DNA of 32,724 nt, taken from the IMG/VR virus record IMGVR_UViG_3300048503_000069; one strand, given 5' to 3'. A model generated the notes under the pieces. It saw only the letters and a program-made list of their open reading frames with translations, had not been told where the DNA came from and made no database searches. Both the position numbers and the translations under genes were made by a program. This document shows positions 27,901-32,724 of this stretch, piece by piece. This DNA comes from an uncultured virus (IMG/VR IMGVR_UViG_3300048503_000069). Lineage: Duplodnaviria > Heunggongvirae > Uroviricota > Caudoviricetes. Positions within the stretch are counted from its first letter, which is position 1, and the number at the start of each line of letters is the position of its first letter.

Positions 27901-29116
27901 GTGGAGTGGTGAGATAGAATCACTCAGCGTGACGGACGCGGGTATTGTTGTGCTTTGTGGTGGCTATATCTTTACCTTCTCTCTTGAACCGCCATATACA
28001 TTACAAAGCGTCACACCGGGACTACAAGAATTAACGCCTGTGTGGTCTGGATGGGAGTCTTTAGGTGGTTACGTTCAATCATCACCGGCCGCTTGTAGTT
28101 GGGGATATGGAAGAATCGACGTGTTTCTCGAGGGGCCGGATGGTGCAGTCTATCAAATGATATACCAAGAAGACGTGTGGCAGCTAAAGAAAAAGAATAG
28201 CCTAACTAAACACGGACGCGTAGACTGTCCTAAATGCCCGAAGGCCGTGAGAAAAGAAGCAGCCGAGCGTAAAGAAGCAGCCGGAGACGTAGAACCGCAA
28301 AACGTATGGTCTAATTGGAACGCGCTCGACGTAGACCAGATTCAGCCACCGGTCCCGATTATAAAATACGATGTATTCCCGAGTATGGGTGACGTGATAA
28401 ATAACGACTTAGGCGATAGCGCATACGACGGAGTTGCGTTTAATAACGGTTTCACACAACTTCAATGCGGCGTTGGTGCGTGGGTGTTTAACGCGCCGCA
28501 AGACGTCACGTGGACGAATAACATTCAAATTACGAGTGGGCCGGATATTACGGGATTAGCAGATATGACCCTTAGTATGTGCGTATATATCGACGCGAAT
28601 CAAACGGCGGTAAATAACCCGAGGCTATTCTCGAAACAACAGGAGAACGGCGCGTTTGAGCTAATCTACGACACGTTTAACCAAGCACTCATACTTAGAC
28701 GATACACAACAAATAACGATTATGACGAGTGGAGAAGCGCACAGAACTCAGTTCCGATAGGCGATTGGTATTATATTCAGTTAATATGGCAAAGTAGCGT
28801 TAGCCCGGAAACAGAGAGTCCGCCGGTTATTATCGTTGATAACGAGCAGTTAACACTTGTTAATACAGAAGCCGGAACGGGATGGTGGTCGCCCGACTAC
28901 TCCAACAATCTCTATATCGGTAATAGCTACTTATTAGATGGCAGCGGTGATTTCGTTGGCATAATGAGCTTCTTTAGCCTATATGGCGCGGCTATAGTAG
29001 ACCCAACAGACGACTTTAACACTAACGCGTGGCGGCGAGACCCCGCCGACGTAGACGCGCAGCTTGTTTATAATTTCTTCCCACAAATAGTAACTTCCGA
29101 GGTGGCAAGTCAGTGA
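21944..29116 (+). CDS. Giant mosaic tail protein: LamG-like x3, Ig-like, repeat stalks, N-half of Tal/hub, lectin propeller, inserted propeller, LamG-like
   Basis: GNWY.IQ.TW/L.IGN LamG-like motifs; repeat blocks; DYVLEV...QLTFNLP...ALGNIIQQTGGY hub-like segment; SWGPNRIDVFVRG repeats. Confidence 0.8.
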   Translation: MLPLIYYVPQNSSTWTNLGSAGTAYNGSVSVNRYNAPDSTHGAPFWGRTDTNDYICYKGTDIDNLNTIGFEIGFEYAAYNGTGLAKLWDKGVGTFFLQINENTHKLLLYRTTNLSGGGQGEVYWTATTTSLTSGNEYYIQVGWTCGTPASPGTPHIYISANGGTPALQSLTYSGASSGTWASDAGLPANVFNYSSSSNCPSSSGSYGLTGYLYVFRQYNTDISSYITSASNGSWYIDKRRMYSWITNYGSGLNTFFGYETISGNSAFPKSGTAIGNVDQLAGFTGHSHYDGSLCYAPLGTSYAQWVWQNNNDYIYTNGAYSLTAPAINDVAVFSSEIAFYYDGNWGSATYPRIFSKMDSSSGEFTLYLDASGGADTGNLILQRECTDGSIDTWMTTTTKLTAGNWYEVQVLWVCGCGPSSPPYSAPVIHINTVTQYVAHNQIGGADWVFDGAGNLVIGNRDGSLGLGECMQGSLVIFRWYPYNASSLFASDYASDSQQWPLTASSISISAPASAIQSQNFTISGTLSYASGGISGATISLLNADTMGVITTTTTDGSGNYSFSISSSTLGSSDFKTSFAGNSTYSSSISAEVTVTISSGIIYDVDGAIVTNCQVEFIGSSFPSSGTTITNVGQASGENGTAYQNDYTLVAAGDAGWVFPNNPSDMITVPANAVLDDMQAVTYEFLVYYAGGSGNLYSKGDASNLNYPLMSIQFNSTSNCLQVNKVASTGTRWNTWFTTTTPVTAGNWYFIQITWNVGTTEGTANPICYINNVNQTISQALTNTGSWTTDAGGIICIGNEYPAANPSQFYGTLVVARIHNVILTSGAGSQLEGNYNASKWRAPTIKNAYVNVDVPGAAAALITLSKIRTDAKLNVSSIVSNATAVSSVVSRADAKINVATITSTAAPVTCIPGLGHSITVDVPGAVAAPITPSAFTTGITSPETDSLAASTEAGSLSNVTVTIAEADSLAPSENVLSNTSIAETDALIASETPNVALEADEVSTLTPIEAPSTVATLASTEIDTLIPIEALTIEEDITIGETDALSEVEQSGVGGNYEYVNASEDIILLNLETQALSATAEADETQVLTPDEEVIDEADLTEIDTIIPIEAPAGEVDVGETTLISSTTETIDTEAYYSPVIHETVVLTPIEATGTDSGIVASVIVNEFITLKPLELTTPQIPVLVAEPEILVTFEEILPEVVIDYADSDTLDITESISIEAKFSPLQGLVESDALNPLETSTFASTLSINESTKLAPSETAHLTLAEVEYITHNEVIYLDAEDSTLNDPVVLIQTPHGPATIDALEVQINTTESNKLNSIEVADINPNVYHAPPPLVDYVLEVRKKDGKNWDLVGVLENRVAPELQCEVGAADQLTFNLPLSDPKSLLFNASNTRGLEVWYYGRDSKLKQVFTITGGGKTEGYRDYGGNPGGSGSTLGTGSGDWLYVTAIGPEAYLTMYYVADYTATQKYVSSILNAICGEIIDDGYITAILVDPALNKLIDIDLSWENLQSALGNIIQQTGGYMRVLVNSNNPSSRVLYLSSEVASDIFPINLGGVTADSVGVCSWGPNRLDLFARGENSSIYHKYWNGTSWSGWATLGGTTDSAPTACSWGPNRIDVFVRGTDNILYQKYWNGAWSTWIPLGGTLTSAPAAASWGLNRIDVVARGTNNQLYHIYWNGINWSTWGTLGGDCTSDPAIVSWGENRLDVFVRGTTMELYHTRWDGSTWSTWENLGGYLTTGPGAASWGENRIDVFAGGEDNELEWQYWGGDVGTPIHQQGIAFDGTYYYYTTDSTIYKLDASYNVIASNANAATQCGGDHLGGLGIHSGTIYQFCTTDETPQVMMVGLFNTSDLSFIRNVDLTKVAGNPPTWSTYNIGGVGVDAANNELVAIHFGDAGSLSVVAPKVFKFNLSTFAYLGYITGTGDLGIYYQGICPYDGVYYYTVDNSSNANSPTHLLGGVYMMNPDGTGQTMIIPASVFNNAVSDLAWSGEIESLSVTDAGIVVLCGGYIFTFSLEPPYTLQSVTPGLQELTPVWSGWESLGGYVQSSPAACSWGYGRIDVFLEGPDGAVYQMIYQEDVWQLKKKNSLTKHGRVDCPKCPKAVRKEAAERKEAAGDVEPQNVWSNWNALDVDQIQPPVPIIKYDVFPSMGDVINNDLGDSAYDGVAFNNGFTQLQCGVGAWVFNAPQDVTWTNNIQITSGPDITGLADMTLSMCVYIDANQTAVNNPRLFSKQQENGAFELIYDTFNQALILRRYTTNNDYDEWRSAQNSVPIGDWYYIQLIWQSSVSPETESPPVIIVDNEQLTLVNTEAGTGWWSPDYSNNLYIGNSYLLDGSGDFVGIMSFFSLYGAAIVDPTDDFNTNAWRRDPADVDAQLVYNFFPQIVTSEVASQ
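24765..25920 (+). repeat. Type-B acidic repeats, ~18 x 17-24 aa (E-x-D/x-x-L-x-P-x-E)
   Basis: ETDSLAASTE, EADSLAPSE, EVSTLTPIE, EIDTLIPIE, ETVVLTPIE, ESDALNPLE. Preceded by ~4 type-A repeats (24476-24750). Confidence 0.8.
26597..28170 (+). repeat. PLL/DUF346-type lectin beta-propeller blades (5 contiguous + 1 displaced)
   Basis: LGG...S.P.A.SWG.NR(L/I)DVF.RG.D..LY..YWNG..WS.W repeated at ~46-47 aa; the sixth blade follows an insertion of ~260 aa. Confidence 0.85.
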
Positions 29117-31629
29117 GTATAGTAACCGTAGAATCCGATGAGATTGCAGTTTTATTACCGTATGAACAGATTCCTTTTTCGAGTATAGAAGCGGACGAAG
29201 TGTCTACGCTACTACTCGATGAGGTAACGCTTCCCGAATCGTGGTATCTAGAAGAAGCAGGAGTAAGCGTCGTTAGCACGCTTGTTCCGAACTTCGGTGC
29301 CGCTGGAACGGACTATCACGCTTATGGCGCGCAAAATGACTTTATAACGCTTCCGAGCGGCGCGACAGCGTGGCAGCTTAGCGGCAATATGGATTATATA
29401 GCGATTCCTCGCGGCGTTAGTATTGATAACGTAACGCAAACGACCTTCGAATGGTTGTTCATCCTTAATGATTATAGTGGTAACCACGCCGGTAGATTAT
29501 GGTCAAAACGTCAGACTCACGACGGAAGTTTTGATGTTTACGTAGACGATATAAACGGCTGTATCGTAATTCAACGAGGCACGATTCTAAACGAGCTAGA
29601 CGTGTGGCAGACGCCAAATAACGTAATAGACGTAGGTCAGTGGTGCAACCTTCAGATAACGTGGAACTGTGATATTTCGGCCGGTGGCGACGCGCCGATA
29701 ATTATAATAAACGATACACCTCAAGAACTTCTTCACACGAACGTTGCGAATCCTGCTCTATGGGCGGATGATAGTAACGACGACGCGTTTATTGGAAATG
29801 TTATAGGTGGCGGCTATAATCTAAATGCGACAATAGCGGTATTTAGACATTTTACGACCATAAAAACCCCGTCGAAGCTTACTACGGACTATCTCGCCGA
29901 CGTGTGGCGCACGAGTAATAAACAATTAGGCCCGATTACCGTCTCATCGGGACCAAGTAACGACACCGACCCGATACTCACTATTGAAAAGAATCTTAGT
30001 AACATCTACGCACAGACTGATTTCTCGACGGTCGTCACGCAATGCGAGCCGCGAGGCATAGGACAAAAGCCAGCAGAGCTTCGATTTAATAATCCTAATT
30101 ATTATCCTAATGCACAAGCGTTACAGCTCTATACAACCGACACGAGTTGGGCGTATTTTAGACTTCAAAGTCCTTATGTTTATGCTAACGCTACATATTC
30201 TGGACAGCCGTTGCCTAGCACTATGCTCGTAGGAACCGGATTAACTGATTTCTGCAATATTTCGCCTACATTACAAGCCGATAGTACATACCCCGACCCT
30301 AACATGGGAGAGTCACCGCCAGCACCTTATGACGGTCAGCCGATTGGACGTGATGACTTTGCTGGACACGGACTCGTTTTTAAACTAAACGCTAATACGC
30401 GTTTCACCGACGCTAGTTTTTTCTTATATAAAAAACCGGCAGCGACGGCCGGTCAAAAAGCGCATCAGTTTCTAGTAGGAATTTATTATATACAAAACAC
30501 CCCCGACGCGGCCCTAAATGAATACGTTCCATCTCAGGGGCCGTTAGTTTGGTATATCGGTGACCTCGACCAGATTCAGCCGGATACGTGGGCGTGGTAC
30601 ACATTCCCCTTACAACAAGCAGCGATAAGTCATACACCGTGGGATTGGTACGCTCTAGTGATTTCAGTGTATCCGACGACCGGCGCGAATTGGGAAGGCG
30701 ACATTCTTTGGGTCGGTTTTAAGATGACGAATGTAGAACCGACACAAAATACCCCGTATCAGTTTATGTGGACGTTCGCAGGTAATCCCGCGTACTCTGC
30801 CGGAAGTAATGTTAAGAATTGGGCAAGCGCAGCAATGGCCGCGAAAGCACCGGGTGCTATGTCGCGCCCTGCTTGCGTTCTTCATTCAATAACAACAGAT
30901 TTAACGAGCGAGTTTCAACAGAGTCTAAACGCGTGTCCGGGCTGGCAGCTTAAAATGCCGATAGCAAAATACTCGCCGACTTCGCAATATTGGGCGCATT
31001 ACCAACAAGCGCCGTGGCTTATCGATTGGGAGGCGTATTCGACAATGGGTAAAGTAGAAGGAACCTATAAATCAGACACGCTTTCCTCACACGACGCGCT
31101 CTTTAATGCCGGTGCAAATTATCTATCAACGGTGTCTAACCCGACTTATACAATTTCGCTAAGTGCATTAGACTTATACGATTTAGACCCACAGAAGAAT
31201 TGGGCGGAAGAGCTTCGTCTCGGAACGACGGTTATGGTACTCGACGCCGAGCTTAATATTCAAGAACAATGTCTCGTAACGAAAATTACTAAAGATAACC
31301 TCGAGCAGCCTCACGACATACAGATAGAATTAAACAGTTTATACGCGACTGCGGCGAGGTCGATGGCGAACATAAATCAATCGAGTATTACCTATCCAAA
31401 GTATCTAAGCGGCCAAACGGTCTCTGCACCGTATATAATGAGTGGTGCTTGCACTGATACGACCCCGGCATCACTCTACTTTGAGATAAAAGAAGGGAGT
31501 ACGCTTGTTCCGTCGGTTACGATAAGCATAAACCCGACACCATATCAGGTGGCGACGAGCACCGGCGTTACCTCTGATACAAGTACCTCTACCGCGTTTA
31601 AAATGAAAATAGACGGTGTAGTGGTGTAG
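29113..31629 (+). CDS. Tail protein: LamG-like plus C-half of Tal/hub (prophage tail endopeptidase-like) plus start of spike C-domain
   Basis: GTG overlapping TGA, RBS GAGGTG; IEKNLSNI...D.STVVT...PRG; L...G..YL...SNP..T...SALDL...LRLG..V.V.D.ELNI......VTKI. Confidence 0.8.
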   Translation: MSIVTVESDEIAVLLPYEQIPFSSIEADEVSTLLLDEVTLPESWYLEEAGVSVVSTLVPNFGAAGTDYHAYGAQNDFITLPSGATAWQLSGNMDYIAIPRGVSIDNVTQTTFEWLFILNDYSGNHAGRLWSKRQTHDGSFDVYVDDINGCIVIQRGTILNELDVWQTPNNVIDVGQWCNLQITWNCDISAGGDAPIIIINDTPQELLHTNVANPALWADDSNDDAFIGNVIGGGYNLNATIAVFRHFTTIKTPSKLTTDYLADVWRTSNKQLGPITVSSGPSNDTDPILTIEKNLSNIYAQTDFSTVVTQCEPRGIGQKPAELRFNNPNYYPNAQALQLYTTDTSWAYFRLQSPYVYANATYSGQPLPSTMLVGTGLTDFCNISPTLQADSTYPDPNMGESPPAPYDGQPIGRDDFAGHGLVFKLNANTRFTDASFFLYKKPAATAGQKAHQFLVGIYYIQNTPDAALNEYVPSQGPLVWYIGDLDQIQPDTWAWYTFPLQQAAISHTPWDWYALVISVYPTTGANWEGDILWVGFKMTNVEPTQNTPYQFMWTFAGNPAYSAGSNVKNWASAAMAAKAPGAMSRPACVLHSITTDLTSEFQQSLNACPGWQLKMPIAKYSPTSQYWAHYQQAPWLIDWEAYSTMGKVEGTYKSDTLSSHDALFNAGANYLSTVSNPTYTISLSALDLYDLDPQKNWAEELRLGTTVMVLDAELNIQEQCLVTKITKDNLEQPHDIQIELNSLYATAARSMANINQSSITYPKYLSGQTVSAPYIMSGACTDTTPASLYFEIKEGSTLVPSVTISINPTPYQVATSTGVTSDTSTSTAFKMKIDGVVV

Positions 31630-31633
31630 AACG

Positions 31634-32641
31634 ATGACAACATACGCAGCGTATCAATTATGTGCAGAATCATTCTCAAACTATGCTCAACTTAAAAGTC
31701 AGGGATTTATTGACCTCGTTCTAATTGAAAATATAAATAGTAGTTGTAACGCGTGTCCGGTTCCGCAGGGCTTTATAAACGGATGTACTGCGCAGGGAAT
31801 GGGTTCGCTCTTAAATAACGGTAATGACGCTGGCGGAGGTGGGGGTGGCGCGAATCAGTCATACTATGCCGGACTAAAAAAGCAGGGATTAAGTGGGGCC
31901 GGTGGTGAGTCTGAAAGTCTAGATGAAGTTAACGCCATTTTAGCAAACACAGATAGTACGTTTGTCTTTATGAACTATGGTGGACAGGGAACCGGCGGCC
32001 CAACAGGTAATAATAACATATGGGCTTCGCAGGGTGGTCACTGCTCGTATAGTGGTGGTGCAACGATAGGCTCAGGACAAAAAGTCTCTTCGTTTATAGA
32101 ACCTTACGCACCGGGACTAATGTCGACTGAAGAGGTAGAAACCGAAGCCGGGTACAATAAAGACGCTGGTTGTTTTGAGGTTGGGATTTTAATAGTAGAT
32201 TGGTTCCCCGGTGCTAATTATGCGGGATATGCAGACGCGGTAATATCCTCAGGAGCTACCTTCGGGGGTTTTCAGTTCTGGTATGTAGAAGGAGACAGCG
32301 CGAGCGGAAGTAATAATTGGGGACCCGGAAGTAGCGATATAAATAATATGATGAAACAGTTTCCGCCGAATACTAAAAACATAGTGCAGCGCGCCGGTGG
32401 GTCGTCACCCGGTGGCGGCGGAGGTGGGGGGTCGGGGCCCGGTAGTAATATTCCGGCAATCACAGGCGGTAATACGTTCGGCGGTAATAGTGAGGTTGAT
32501 ATTTTACCATATCTAACGCAAAATCATCAGGGTCAGCCAACGCCGGGTGTACACTACGTAGAGCTTAGTTCGGCAGATGGAATACGCGCACAAGTAACCG
32601 CTTCAGTACGCGTACGAACTTGGCAGCCAAAGGAGATGTAG
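31634..32641 (+). CDS. Putative TIM-barrel/glycoside hydrolase-like domain, Gly linker, and end of spike C-domain
   Basis: Alternating beta/alpha pattern ending GGFQFWY; GGGGGGGSGPG linker; EVDILPYL...G.H.VEL....IRA.V C-terminus. Confidence 0.55.
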   Translation: MTTYAAYQLCAESFSNYAQLKSQGFIDLVLIENINSSCNACPVPQGFINGCTAQGMGSLLNNGNDAGGGGGGANQSYYAGLKKQGLSGAGGESESLDEVNAILANTDSTFVFMNYGGQGTGGPTGNNNIWASQGGHCSYSGGATIGSGQKVSSFIEPYAPGLMSTEEVETEAGYNKDAGCFEVGILIVDWFPGANYAGYADAVISSGATFGGFQFWYVEGDSASGSNNWGPGSSDINNMMKQFPPNTKNIVQRAGGSSPGGGGGGGSGPGSNIPAITGGNTFGGNSEVDILPYLTQNHQGQPTPGVHYVELSSADGIRAQVTASVRVRTWQPKEM

Positions 32642-32649
32642 ATTAGATA

Positions 32650-32724
32650 ATGTCGCAATATATCTACTACAAGTTTGATAAAAGTTCGACTACAATCACA
32701 GTACTCTGCGTTGATACCACTGCT
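32650..32724 (+). CDS. Start of next gene (3' truncated)
   Basis: ATG 8 nt after the previous stop; frame open to the window end (MSQYIYYKFDKSS...). Confidence 0.45.
   Translation, partial: MSQYIYYKFDKSSTTITVLCVDTTA

Noticed and set aside
19100..31640. Amber (pyrrolysine) readthrough fusing TAG-ending genes
   Set aside because: Readthrough after 19102 or 31629 meets an in-frame TAA before joining the next gene, and the 19175 ORF ends in TAG TAG.
31610..32450. Bulge-helix-bulge intron removing the inserted segment
   Set aside because: No convincing pairing between the two junctions by eye, and the downstream gene has its own start and a Gly linker.
142..32463. Numerous minus-strand and alternative-frame ORFs in the ORF track
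   Set aside because: They overlap well-supported + strand genes, show no recognisable motifs, and mirror low-complexity coding sequence.
19175..32641. Diversity-generating retroelement or shufflon acting on the tail genes
   Set aside because: No reverse transcriptase, recombinase, near-identical TR/VR pair or flanking inverted repeats were seen in the window.

Overview
A + strand morphogenesis operon of a tailed dsDNA virus (siphovirus-type, HK97 fold). Gene order: end of portal, three accessory genes including an HNH nuclease, a very long prohead protease, major capsid protein, several putative decoration proteins, head-tail joining genes, tail tube, a tail assembly chaperone with a -1 frameshift site, tape measure, Dit, then about 15 kb of unusually elaborate tail-tip/fibre genes. 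Several hints favour an archaeal (Halobacteriota/methanogen-like) host: GGTGA-type RBSs, a DUF2769-like Cys protein, and no recognisable peptidoglycan hydrolase. The most striking observations are four. (1) The baseplate-hub/tail-spike (Tal-like) protein appears split across three consecutive ORFs, each piece carrying lectin, LamG or hydrolase-like passengers. (2) Two families of ~20-aa strand-like repeats are shared between separate giant proteins and lie next to two small beta-rich subunit genes, suggesting a repeat-templated (donor-strand) fibre. (3) The protease looks like a polyprotein with copies of the capsid cleavage/N-arm motif and an internal start. (4) GATC was not found anywhere in the window. 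All family assignments come from motif recognition by eye, without database searches.
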